This document shows, one piece after another, positions 41,969 through 56,188 of a stretch of 64,000 nucleotides of DNA. Numbering within the stretch: the first letter of the stretch is position 1; each line of letters opens with the position of its first letter. This DNA comes from the human T2T-CHM13v2.0 reference genome, Homo sapiens. A program made the position numbers and the translations under genes. Under the pieces are notes generated by a model. The model did no database searches, was not told where the DNA came from, and saw only the letters and a list, made by a program, of their open reading frames with translations. The stretch is taken from positions 28,736,001 to 28,800,000 of the forward strand of contig CP086569.2 of the NCBI GenBank assembly GCA_009914755.4, in the 5' to 3' direction.

Positions 41969-44900
41969 TTGCATTCTATTCGAGTGATTTCCATTCGAGT
42001 CCTTTCCATTCGATTCCATTCCATTCTATTCCATTCCTTTGGATTCCATTCCATTCCCTTCCGTTCACATCAATTCCTTGCGATTCCATTACATTCGATT
42101 TCTTGCCATTCGATTCCATTCCTTTTGACTCCATTTCATTCGATTCCATTCCATTCCATTAATTTCCATTCCATTCGAGACCATTCCATTGCAGTCTTTT
42201 CCCTTCGAGTCCATTCCGTTCGATTCCCTTCCATTCGATTCCATTCCATTGGAGTCCGTACCAGTCGAGTCCATTCTATTCCAGTCCATTAGTTTCGACT
42301 CCATTACATTCGAGTGCATTCCATTCCGTGGCTGTCCATTCCATTCCGTTTGATGCCATTCCATACGATTCCATTCAATTCGAGACCATTCTATTCCTGT
42401 CCATTCCTTGTGCTTCGATTCCATTTCACTCTGGTCCATTCCATTCCATTCAATTCCATTCGACTCTATTCCGTTCCATTCAATTCCATTCCATTCGATT
42501 CCATTTTTTTCGAGAACCTTCCATTACACTCCCTTCCATTCCAGTGCATTCCATTCCAGTCTCTTCAGTTCGATTCCATTCCATTCGTTTCGATTCCTTT
42601 CCATTCCAGCCCATTCCATTCCATTCCATTCCTTTCCTTTCCGTTTCATTAGATTCCATTGCATTCCATTCCATTCAATTCAATTCCGTGCTATTCAATT
42701 TGATTCATATCCATTTAATTCCATTCCATTAGATTCCATTCCGTACGATTCCATTCCTTTGGAATCCATTCCATTGGAGTCCATTCACTTCCAGAACATT
42801 CCATTCCAGTCGAATCCATTCGAGTACATTCCATTAAAGTTCATTACATTCTAATACATTCCATTCCATTGCATTCCATTCCATTCCATTCGATGCCATT
42901 CGATTCCATTCCATGCCAAATCATTGCATTCCTTTCCATTCCGTTCCTATCAATTCCATTCCATTCGATTTAGTTCGATTCTATTCACTTCCATTCCATT
43001 CGATTCCATTCCATTGGAGTCAATTCCTTTCGACACCCAGCCTTTCCAGTCAATGATTTTGGAGTCCATTTTTTTGCATTCCATTACATTCTATGACATT
43101 CGATTCCGTTTCATTGCATTCCATTCCATACATTTTTATTCCATTCGAGACCGTAGCATTCCACTTTATTCCAGACCTGTCCATTACACTACATTCCCTT
43201 CCATTCCAATGAATTCCATTCCATTCCAATCCATTCCTTTCCTTTCGCTTGCATTCCATTCTATTCCCTTCTACTGCATACAATTTCACTCCATTCGTTC
43301 CCATTCCATTCAATTCCATTCCATTCAATTCCATTCCATTTGTTTCCATTCTCTTCGATTCCATTTCTTTATATTCCATGCCATTCGATTCCATTCTATT
43401 GGATTGCATGACTTTCGTGTTCATTCCATTCCAGACCATTCCATTTGACTCCATTCCTTTCGAGCCCTTTCAATTTGAGTCCATTCCTTTCCAGTCCATT
43501 TCACTCCAGTCCATTACTATCCATTCCATACCATTCCATCCCATTCCATTAAATTCCATTCCATTCCATTCCATTCCATTCCATTGCATTCCATTCCATT
43601 CCATTCCATTGCACTGCACTCCATTCCATTACATTCTACTCTATTTGAGTCGATTTTATTGCATTAGATTCTATTCCATTGGATTACTTTCCATTCGATT
43701 ACATTCCATTCATGTACATTCCATTCCAGTCAATTACATTCGAGTTCATTACATTACATTCCAGTATATTCCATTGTATTCGATCCCATTCCTTTCAATT
43801 CCATTTCATTCGACTCCATTATATTCGATTCCATTCCACTCGAATCCATTCCATTAGAGGACATTCCATTCCAATGCATTCCATTCCATTCCATAGCATT
43901 CCGTTGCATTCGATTCCATTCCATTTGATGCCATTCCATTTGATGCCATTCCATGACATTCTATTCCATTCGAGTCCATTCCGTTCCAATTCATTCCATT
44001 CCGTTTCATGAAATTCGAGTCCTTTCCAGTACATTTCATTCCAATCCCATCCAATCCAATCTACTCCATTCAATTCCTTTCCATTCCATTTGATTAGATT
44101 CCATTGATTTGATTCCATTCAGTTTGATTCCATTCCGTGAAATTTCGTTCCATTCTATTCCATTGCATTACTTTCCATTCAATTCCATTCCATTTCATTT
44201 CAGTCCATTCGATTCCTTTCCTTTCGATTCAATTCCATTTGATTCCACTCCATTCTATGCGATTTCATTCCAATCGATTCAATTCCATTCGATGACATTC
44301 CTTTCGTTTCCATTCCATTCGAGTCCATTCAATTTGAGTATTCGTGTCCATTCAATTCGAGTCCATTCCATTACCGTCTATTCTATTCCCTTCCATTCCT
44401 GTTGATTCAATTTCATTCCCTTCCATTCGATTCCTTTCCATTCAATTCCATTCCTTTCCATTCCATTCCATTCCTTCCCATTCCATGTGATTTCATTCCA
44501 TTCCAGTCCATTATATTCGAGTCCACTCCACTCCATTCTATTACATTCAATTCCTTTTGAGTCCGTTCCATAACACTCCATTCATTTCGATTCCATTTCT
44601 TGCCAGTTTTCTTCCATTTTATTCCATTCCGTTCGATTCCATTCCATTCGATTGCATTCCATTCGAATCCTTTCCATTCCATTTCATTCCATTCCTTTCT
44701 ATTCCATTCCATTTCATTCGATTTGATTCCATTCTGTTCTATTCCATTCAATTCTTTTTCATTCCATTCGAATCCTTTCTATTGCAGTCCATTCCATTCG
44801 AGTCCATTCCAATCCCTTCCATTCCATTCCATTACAGTCCATTCCAATAGATTCCATTCCTTTGCCTTCCATTCGAATCCATTCCATTCTAGTCCATTCC

Positions 44901-45532
44901 ATTTGAGTCAATTCCATTCCATTCCATTCTATTCCTTTCCAATCCATTCGATTCCATTCGATTCAATTCCATTTGATTCTCTTTCATTCTATTTTATTCC
45001 ATGCCATTTGATTGCATTGCATTCCATTCCGTTTGATTCCAGTCCATTCAAGAAAGTTCCATTCCTGTCCATTTCTTTCCAGTCCATTCCATTCCACTCT
45101 AGTCTATTCCACTCCATTCCTTTCCATTCCATTCCATACTATTCCATTCCATTCCTTTGCATTCCGTTTGCAATCTATTCGAGTCCATTGCATTCCAGTC
45201 CAATCCATTCGATTACATTCCTTTTGATTCCCTGCCAGTCGATTGCATTGCATACTAGACCATTCCAAACGAGTCCATTCCATTCTATCTCAAAACTTTC
45301 CATTCCACTCTGTTCGAGTCCATTCCATTCCAGTCCATTTAATTCAAGGGCATTCCATTCCATTCCATTCCATTCCATTTCATATTATTCCATTCCATTC
45401 AATTCCATTCCAGATGATTCCATTCCATTCTATACCATTGCTCTCTGTTCCATTCCATTCCATCTGTCTCCATTCCTTTCGTTTCGATTCCTTTCCATTC
45501 CATTCCATTACATTTGATCCTATTTTATTAAA
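41969..45532 (+). repeat. HOR unit 13, 3564 bp, subtype 1 (no GGCC)
   Basis: Anchor at 41969. It is near-identical to unit 15 at an offset of 7138 (e.g. 42924..43448 = 50062..50586). Confidence 0.85.
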
Positions 45533-48500
45533 TTGCATTCTATTCGAGTGATTTCCATTCGAGTCCTTTCCATTCGATTCCATTCCATTCTATTCCATTC
45601 CTTTGGATTCCATTCCATTCCGTTCCGTTCACATCAATTCCTTGCGATTCCATTACATTCGATTTCTTGCCATTCGATTCCATTCCTTTTGACTCCATTT
45701 CATTCGATTCCATTCCATTCCATTAATTTCCATTCCATTCGAGACCTTTCCATTGCAGTCTTTTCCCTTCGAGTCCATTCCTTTCGATTCCCTTCCATTC
45801 GATTCCATTCCATTGGAGTCCGTACCAGTCGAGTCCATTCTATTCCAGTCCATTAGTTTCGACTCCATTGCATTCGAGTGCATTCCATTCCGTGGCTGTC
45901 CATTCCATTCCGTTTGATGCCATTCCATACGATTCCATTCAATTCGAGACCATTCTATTCCTGTCCATTCCTTGTGGTTCGATTCCATTTCACTCTAGTC
46001 CATTCCATTCCATTCAATTCCATTCGACTCTATTCCGTTCCATTCAATTCCATTCCATTCGATTCCATTTTTGTCGAGAACCTTCCATTACACTCCCTTC
46101 CATTCCAGTGCATTCCATTCCAGTCTCTTCAGTTCGATTCCATTCCATTCGTTTCGATTCCTTTCCATTCCAGCCCATTCCATTCCATTCCTTTCCTTTC
46201 CGTTTCATTAGATTCCATTGCATTCGATTCCATTCAATTCAATTCCATGCTATTCAATTTGATTCATTTCCATTTAATTCCATTCCATTAGATTCCATTC
46301 CGTACGATTCCATTCCTTTTGAATCCATTCCATTGGAGTCCATTCACTTCCAGAACATTCCATTCCAGTCGAATCCATTCGAGTACATTCCATTAAAGTT
46401 CATTAGATTCTAATACGTTCCATTCCATTGCATTCCATTCCATTCCATTCGATGCCATTCGATTCCATTCCGTGCCAAATCATTGCATTCCTTTCCATTC
46501 CGTTCCTATCAATTCCATTCCATTCGATTTAGTTCGATTCTATTCACTTCCACTCCATTCGATTCCATTCCATTGGAGTCAATTCCTTTCGACACCCAGC
46601 CTTTCCAGTCAATGATTTTGGATTCCATTTTTTTGCATTCCATTACATTCTATGACATTCGATTCCGTTTCATTGCATTCCATTCCATACATTTTTATTC
46701 CATTCGAGACCGTAGCATTCCACTTTATTCCAGGCCTGTCCATTACACTACATTCCCTTCCATTCCAATGAATTCCATTCCATTCCAATCCATTCCTTTC
46801 CTTTCGCTTGCATTCCATTCTATTCCCTTCTACTGCATACAATTTCACTCCATTCGTTCCCATTCCATTCAATTCCATTCCATTCAATTCCATTCCATTT
46901 GTTTCCATTCTCTTCGATTCCATTTCTTTATATTCCATGCCATTCGATTCCATTCTATTGGATTGCATTACATTCGTGTTCATTCCATTCCAGACCATTC
47001 CATTTGACTCCATTCCTTTCGAGCCCTTTCAATTTGAGTCCATTCCTTTCCAGTCCAGTTCACTCCAGTCCATTACTATCCATTCCATACCATTCCATCC
47101 CATTCCATTCCATTCCATTCCATTCCATTCCATTCCATTCCATTGCATTCAATTCCATTCCATTCCATTGCACTGCACTCCATTCCATTACATTCTACTC
47201 TATCTGAGTCGGTTTTATTGCATTAGATTCTATTCCATTGGATTACTTTCCATTCGATTACATTCCATTCATGTACATTCCATTCCAGTCAATTACATTC
47301 GAGTTCATTACATTACATTCCAGTATATTCCATTCTATTCGATCCCATTCCTTTCAATTCCATTTCATTCGACTCCATTATATTCGATTCCATTCCACTC
47401 GAATCCATTCCATTAGAGGACATTCCATTCCAATGCATTCCATTCCATTCCATAACATTCCATTGCATTCGATTCCATTCCATTTGATGCCATTCCATTT
47501 GATGCCATTCCATGACATTCCATTCCATTCGAGTCCATTCCGTTCCAATTCATTCCATTCCGTTTCATGAAATTCGAGTCCTTTCCAGTACATTTCATTC
47601 CAATCCCATCCAATCCAATCTACTCCATTCAATTCCTTTCCATTCCATTTGATTAGATTCCATTGATTTGATTCCATTCAGTTTGATTCCATTCCGTGAA
47701 ATTTCGTTCCATTCTATTCCATTGCATTACTTTCCATTCAATTCCATTCCATTTCATTTCAGTCCATTCGCTTCCTTTCCTTTCGATTCAATTCCATTTG
47801 ATTCCACTCCATTCTATGCGATTTCATTCCAATCGATTCAATTCCATTCGATGACATTCCTTTCGTTTCCATTCCATTCGAGTCCATTCAATTTGAGCAT
47901 TCGTGTCCATTCTATTCGAGTCCATTCCATTTCCGTCTATTCTATTCCCTTCCATTCCTGTTGATTCAATTTCATTCCCTTCCATTCGATTCCTTTCCAT
48001 TCGATTCCATTCCTTTCCATTCCATTCCATTCGTTCCCATTCCATGTGATTTCATTCCATTCCAGTCCATTATATTCGAGTCCACTCCACTCCATTCTAT
48101 TACATTCAATTCCTTTTGAGTCCGTTCCATAACACTCCATTCATTTCGCTTCCATTTCTTGCCAGTTTGCTTCCATTTTATTCCATTCCGTTCGATTCCA
48201 TTCCATTCGATTGCATTCCATTCGAATCCTTTCCATTCCATTTCATTCCATTCCTTTCTATTCCATTCCATTTCATTCGATTTGATTCCATTCTGTTCTA
48301 TTCCATTCAATTCTTTTTCATTCCATTCGAATCCTTTCTATTGCAGTCCATTCCGTTCGAGTCCATTCCAATCCCTTCCATTCCATTCCATTACAGTCCA
48401 TTCCAATAGATTCCATTCCTTTGCCTTCCATTCGAATCCATTCCATTCTAGTCCATTCCATTTGAGTCAATTCCATTCCATTCCATTCTATTCCTTTCCA

Positions 48501-49106
48501 ATCCATTAGATTCCATTCGATTCAATTCCATTTGATTCTCTTTCATTCTATTTTATTCCATGCCATTTGATTGCATTGCATTCCATTCCGTTTGATTCCA
48601 GTCCATTCAAGAAAGTTCCATTCCAGTCCATTGCTTTCCAGTCCATTCCATTCCATTCTAGTCTATTCCACTCCATTCCTTTCCATTCCATTCCATACTA
48701 TTCCATTCCATTCTTTTGCATTCCGTTTCCAATCTATTCGAGTCCATTGCATTCCAGTCCAGTCCATTCCATTACATTCCTTTTGATTCCCTGCCAGTCG
48801 ATTGCATTGCATACTACACCATTCCAAAGGAGTCCATTCCATTCTATCTCAACACTTTCCATTCCACTCTGTTCGAGTCCATTCCATTCCAGTCCATTTA
48901 ATTCAAGGGCATTCCATTCCATTCCATTCCATTCCATTCCATTCCATTCCATTTCATATTATTCCATTCCATTCAATTCCATTCCAGATGATTCCATTCC
49001 ATTCTATACCATTGCTCTCTGTTCCCTTCCATTCCATCTGTCTCCATTCCTTTCGTTTCGATTCCTTTCCATTCCATTCCATTACATTTGATCCTATTTT
49101 ATTAAA
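45533..49106 (+). repeat. HOR unit 14, 3574 bp, subtype 2 (GGCC at 46733-46736)
   Basis: Anchor at 45533. It is near-identical to unit 16 at an offset of 7137, and in part to unit 12 at an offset of 7138. Confidence 0.85.
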
Positions 49107-52100
49107 TTGCATTCTATTCGAGTGATTTCCATTCGAGTCCTTTCCATTCGATTCCATTCCATTCTATTCCATTCCTTTGGATTCCATTCCATTCCCTTCC
49201 GTTCACATCAATTCCTTGCGATTCCATTACATTCGATTTCTTGCCATTCGATTCCATTCCTTTTGACTCCATTTCATTCGATTCCATTCCATTCCATTAA
49301 TTTCCATTCCATTCGAGACCATTCCATTGCAGTCTTTTCCCTTCGAGTCCATTCCGTTCGATTCCCTTCCATTCGATTCCATTCCATTGGAGTCCGTACC
49401 AGTCGAGTCCATTCTATTCCAGTCCATTAGTTTCGACTCCATTACATTCGAGTGCATTCCATTCCGTGGCTGTCCATTCCATTCCGTTTGATGCCATTCC
49501 ATACGATTCCATTCAATTCGAGACCATTCTATTCCTGTCCATTCCTTGTGCTTCGATTCCATTTCACTCTAGTCCATTCCATTCCATTCAATTCCATTCG
49601 ACTCTATTCCGTTCCATTCAATTCCATTCCATTCGATTCCATTTTTTTCGAGAACCTTCCATTACACTCCCTTCCATTCCAGTGCATTCCATTCCAGTCT
49701 CTTCAGTTCGATTCCATTCCATTCGTTTCGATTCCTTTCCATTCCAGCCCATTCCATTCCATTCCATTCCTTTCCTTTCCGTTTCATTAGATTCCATTGC
49801 ATTCCATTCCATTCAATTCAATTCCGTGCTATTCAATTTGATTCATATCCATTTAATTCCATTCCATTAGATTCCATTCCGTACGATTCCATTCCTTTGG
49901 AATCCATTCCATTGGAGTCCATTCACTTCCAGAACATTCCATTCCAGTCGAATCCATTCGAGTACATTCCATTAAAGTTCATTACATTCTAATACATTCC
50001 ATTCCATTGCATTCCATTCCATTCCATTCGATGCCATTCGATTCCATTCCATGCCAAATCATTGCATTCCTTTCCATTCCGTTCCTATCAATTCCATTCC
50101 ATTCGATTTAGTTCGATTCTATTCACTTCCATTCCATTCGATTCCATTCCATTGGAGTCAATTCCTTTCGACACCCAGCCTTTCCAGTCAATGATTTTGG
50201 AGTCCATTTTTTTGCATTCCATTACATTCTATGACATTCGATTCCGTTTCATTGCATTCCATTCCATACATTTTTATTCCATTCGAGACCGTAGCATTCC
50301 ACTTTATTCCAGACCTGTCCATTACACTACATTCCCTTCCATTCCAATGAATTCCATTCCATTCCAATCCATTCCTTTCCTTTCGCTTGCATTCCATTCT
50401 ATTCCCTTCTACTGCATACAATTTCACTCCATTCGTTCCCATTCCATTCAATTCCATTCCATTCAATTCCATTCCATTTGTTTCCATTCTCTTCGATTCC
50501 ATTTCTTTATATTCCATGCCATTCGATTCCATTCTATTGGATTGCATGACTTTCGTGTTCATTCCATTCCAGACCATTCCATTTGACTCCATTCCTTTCG
50601 AGCCCTTTCAATTTGAGTCCATTCCTTTCCAGTCCATTTCACTCCAGTCCATTACTATCCATTCCATACCATTCCATCCCATTCCATTAAATTCCATTCC
50701 ATTCCATTCCATTCCATTCCATTGCATTCCATTCCATTCCATTCCATTGCACTGCACTCCATTCCATTACATTCTACTCTATTTGAGTCGATTTTATTGC
50801 ATTAGATTCTATTCCATTGGATTACTTTCCATTCGATTACATTCCATTAATGTACATTCCATTCCAGTCAATTACATTCGAGTTCATTAGATTACATTCC
50901 AGTATATTCCATTCTATTTGATCCCATTCCTTTCAATTCCATTTCATTCGACTCCATTATATTCGATTCCATTCCACTCGAATCCATTCCATTAGAGGAC
51001 ATTCCATTCCAATGCATTCCATTCCATTCCATAGCATTCCATTGCATTCGATTCCATTCCATTTGATGCCATTCCATTTGATGCCATTCCATGACATTCC
51101 ATTCCATTCGAGTCCATTCCGTTCCAATTCATTCCATTCCGTTTCATGAAATTCGAGTCCTTTCCAGTACATTTCATTCCAATCCCATCCAATCCAATCT
51201 ACTCCATTCAATTCCTTTCCATTCCATTTGATTAGATTCCATTGATTTGATTCCATTCAGTTTGATTCCATTCCGTGAAATTTCGTTCCATTCTATTCCA
51301 TTGCATTACTTTCCATTCAATTCCATTCCATTTCATTTCAGTCCATTCGATTCCTTTCCTTTCGATTCAATTCCATTTGATTCCACTCCATTCTATGCGA
51401 TTTCATTCCAATCGATTCAATTCCATTCGATGACATTCCTTTCGTTTCCATTCCATTCGAGTCCATTCAATTTGAGTATTCGTGTCCATTCAATTCGAGT
51501 CCATTCCATTACCGTCTATTCTATTCCCTTCCATTCCTGTTGATTCAATTTCATTCCCTTCCATTCGATTCCTTTCCATTCAATTCCATTCCTTTCCATT
51601 CCATTCCATTCCTTCCCATTCCATGTGATTTCATTCCATTCCAGTCCATTATATTCGAGTCCACTCCACTCCATTCTATTACATTCAATTCCTTTTGAGT
51701 CCGTTCCATAACACTCCATTCATTTCGATTCCATTTCTTGCCAGTTTTCTTCCATTTTATTCCATTCCGTTCGATTCCCTTCCATTCGATTGCATTCCAT
51801 TCGAATCCTTTCCATTCCATTTCATTCCATTCCTTTCTATTCCATTCCATTTCATTCGATTTGATTCCATTCTGTTCTATTCCATTCAATTCTTTTTCAT
51901 TCCATTCGAATCCTTTCTATTGCAGTCCATTCCATTCGAGTCCATTCCAATCCCTTCCATTCCATTCCATTACAGTCCATTCCAATAGATTCCATTCCTT
52001 TGCCTTCCATTCGAATCCATTCCATTCTAGTCCATTCCATTTGAGTCAATTCCATTCCATTCCATTCTATTCCTTTCCAATCCATTCGATTCCATTCGAT

Positions 52101-52669
52101 TCAATTCCATTTGATTCTCTTTCATTCTATTTTATTCCATGCCATTTGATTGCATTGCATTCCATTCCGTTTGATTCCAGTCCATTCAAGAAAGTTCCAT
52201 TCCAGTCCATTGCTTTCCAGTCCATTCCATTCCACTCTAGTCTATTCCACTCCATTCCTTTCCATTCCATTCCATACTATTCTATTCCATTCCTTTGCAT
52301 TCCGTTTGCAATCTATTCGAGTCCATTGCATCCAGTCCAATCCATTCGATTACATTCCTTTTGATTCCCTGCCAGTCGATTGCATTGCATACTAGACCAT
52401 TCCAAACGAGTCCATTCCATTCTATCTCAAAACTTTCCATTCCACTCTGTTCGAGTCCATTCCATTCCAGTCCATTTAATTCAAGGGCATTCCATTCCAT
52501 TCCATTCCATTCCATTTCATATTATTCCATTCCATTCAATTCCATTCCAGATGATTCCATTCCATTCTATACCATTGCTCTCTGTTCCATTCCATTCCAT
52601 CTGTCTCCATTCCTTTCGTTTCGATTCCTTTCCATTCCATTCCATTACATTTGATCCTATTTTATTAAA
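49107..52669 (+). repeat. HOR unit 15, 3563 bp, subtype 1; copy of unit 1 at an offset of 48,956
   Basis: Anchor at 49107. Every ORF-track artefact in unit 1 recurs with identical length and translation at +48,956. Confidence 0.85.
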
Positions 52670-55600
52670 TTGCATTCTATTCGAGTGATTTCCATTCGAG
52701 TCCTTTCCATTCGATTCCATTCCATTCTATTCCATTCCTTTGGATTCCATTCCATTCCGTTCCGTTCACATCAATTCCTTGCGATTCCATTACATTCGAT
52801 TTCTTGCCATTCGATTCCATTCCTTTTGACTCCATTTCATTCGATTCCATTCCATTCCATTAATTTCCATTCCATTCGAGACCTTTCCATTGCAGTCTTT
52901 TCCCTTCGAGTCCATTCCGTTCGATTCCCTTCCATTCGATTCCATTCCATTGGAGTCCGTACCAGTCGAGTCCATTCTATTCCAGTCCATTAGTTTCGAC
53001 TCCATTGCATTCGAGTGCATTCCATTCCGTGGCTGTCCATTCCATTCCGTTTGATGCCATTCCATACGATTCCATTCAATTCGAGACCATTCTATTCCTG
53101 TCCATTCCTTGTGGTTCGATTCCATTTCACTCTAGTCCATTCCATTCCATTCAATTCCATTCGACTCTATTCCGTTCCATTCAATTCCATTCCATTCGAT
53201 TCCATTTTTGTCGAGAACCTTCCATTACACTCCCTTCCATTCCAGTGCATTCCATTCCAGTCTCTTCAGTTCGATTCCATTCCATTCGTTTCGATTCCTT
53301 TCCATTCCAGCCCATTCCATTCCATTCCTTTCCTTTCCGTTTCATTAGATTCCATTGCATTCGATTCCATTCAATTCAATTCCATGCTATTCAATTTGAT
53401 TCATTTCCATTTAATTCCATTCCATTAGATTCCATTCCGTACGATTCCATTCCTTTTGAATCCATTCCATTGGAGTCCATTCACTTCCAGAACATTCCAT
53501 TCCAGTCGAATCCATTCGAGTACATTCCATTAAAGTTCATTAGATTCTAATACGTTCCATTCCATTGCATTCCATTCCATTCCATTCGATGCCATTCGAT
53601 TCCATTCCGTGCCAAATCATTGCATTCCTTTCCATTCCGTTCCTATCAATTCCATTCCATTCGATTTAGTTCGATTCTATTCACTTCCACTCCATTCGAT
53701 TCCATTCCATTGGAGTCAATTCCTTTCGACACCCAGCCTTTCCAGTCAATGATTTTGGATTCCATTTTTTTGCATTCCATTACATTCTATGACATTCGAT
53801 TCCGTTTCATTGCATTCCATTCCATACATTTTTATTCCATTCGAGACCGTAGCATTCCACTTTATTCCAGGCCTGTCCATTACACTACATTCCCTTCCAT
53901 TCCAATGAATTCCATTCCATTCCAATCCATTCCTTTCCTTTCGCTTGCATTCCATTCTATTCCCTTCTACTGCATACAATTTCACTCCATTCGTTCCCAT
54001 TCCATTCAATTCCATTCCATTCAATTCCATTCCATTTGTTTCCATTCTCTTCGATTCCATTTCTTTATATTCCATGCCATTCGATTCCATTCTATTGGAA
54101 TGCGTTACATTCGTGTTCATTCCATTCCAGACCATTCCATTTGACTCCATTCCTTTCGAGCCCTTTCAATTTGAGTCCATTCCTTTCCAGTCCATTTCAC
54201 TCCAGTCCATTACTATCCATTGCATACCATTCCATCCCATTCCATTCCATTCCATTCCATTCCATTCCATTCCATTCCATTGCACTGCACTCCATTCCAT
54301 TACATTCTACTCTATCTGAGTCGGTTTTATTGCATTAGATTCTATTCCATTGGATTACTTTCCATTCGATTACATTCCATTCATGTACATTCCATTCCAG
54401 TCAATTACATTCGAGTTCATTACATTACATTCCAGTATATTCCATTCTATTCGATCCCATTCCTTTCAATTCCATTTCATTCGACTCCATTATATTCGAT
54501 TCCATTCCACTCAAATCCATTCCATTAGAGGACATTCCATTCCAATGCATTCCATTCCATTCCATAACATTCCATTGCATTCGATTCCATTCCATTTGAT
54601 GCCATTCCATGACATTCCATTCCATTCGAGTCCATTCCGTTCCAATTCATTCCATTCCATTTCATGAAATTCGAGTCCTTTCCAGTACATTTCATTCCAA
54701 TCCCATCCAATCCAATCTACTCCATTCAATTCCTTTCCATTCCATTTGATTAGATTCCATTGATTTGATTCCATTCAGTTTGATTCCATTCCGTGAAATT
54801 TCGTTCCATTCTATTCCATTGCATTACTTTCCATTCAATTCCATTCCATTTCATTTCAGTCCATTCGCTTCCTTTCCTTTCGATTCAATTCCATTTGATT
54901 CCACTCCATTCTATGCGATTTCATTCCAATCGATTCAATTCCATTCGATGACATTCCTTTCGTTTCCATTCCATTCGAGTCCATTCAATTTGAGCATTCG
55001 TGTCCATTCTATTCGAGTCCATTCCATTTCCGTCTATTCTATTCCCTTCCATTCCTGTTGATTCAATTTCGTTCCCTTCCATTCGATTCCTTTCCATTCG
55101 ATTCCATTCCTTTCCATTCCATTCCATTCGTTCCCATTCCATGTGATTTCATTCCATTCCAGTCCATTATATTCGAGTCCACTCCACTCCATTCTATTAC
55201 ATTCAATTCCTTTTGAGTCCGTTCCATAACACTCCATTCATTTCGATTCCATTTCTTGCCAGTTTTCTTCCATTTTATTCCATTCCGTTCGATTCCATTC
55301 CATTCGATTGCATTCCATTCGAATCCTTTCCATTCCATTTCATTCCATTCCTTTCTATTCCATTCCATTTCATTCGATTTGATTCCATTCTGTTCTATTC
55401 CATTCAATTCTTTTTCATTCCATTCGAATCCTTTCTATTGCAGTCCATTCCATTCGAGTCCATTCCAATCCCTTCCATTCCATTCCATTACAGTCCATTC
55501 CAATAGATTCCATTCCTTTGCCTTCCATTCGAATCCATTCCATTCTAGTCCATTCCATTTGAGTCAATTCCATTCCATTCCATTCTATTCCTTTCCAATC

Positions 55601-56188
55601 CATTAGATTCCATTCGATTCAATTCCATTTGATTCTCTTTCATTCTATTTTATTCCATGCCATTTGATTGCATTGCATTCCATTCCGTTTGATTCCAGTC
55701 CATTCAAGAAAGTTCCATTCCATTCCATTGCTTTCCAGTCCATTCCATTCCATTCTAGTCTATTCCACTCCATTCCTTTCCATTCCATTCCATACTATTC
55801 CATTCCATTCTTTTGCATTCCGTTTCCAATCTATTCGAGTCCATTGCATTCCAGTCCAGTCCATTCCATTACATTCCTTTTGATTCCCTGCCAGTCGATT
55901 GCATTGCATACTACACCATTCCAAACGAGTCCATTCCATTCTATCTCAACACTTTCCATTCCACTCTGTTCGAGTCCATTCCATTCCAGTCCATTTAATT
56001 CAAGGGCATTCCATTCCATTCCATTCCATTCCATTTCATATTATTCCATTCCATTCAATTCCATTCCAGATGATTCCATTCCATTCTATACCATTGCTCT
56101 CTGTTCCCTTCCATTCCATCTGTCTCCATTCCTTTCGTTTCGATTCCTTTCCATTCCATTCCATTACATTTGATCCTATTTTATTAAA
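52670..56188 (+). repeat. HOR unit 16, 3519 bp, subtype 2 (GGCC at 53870-53873); copy of unit 2
   Basis: Anchor at 52670. It has the same length (3519 bp) as unit 2, and 53005..53550 = 4049..4594. Confidence 0.85.
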
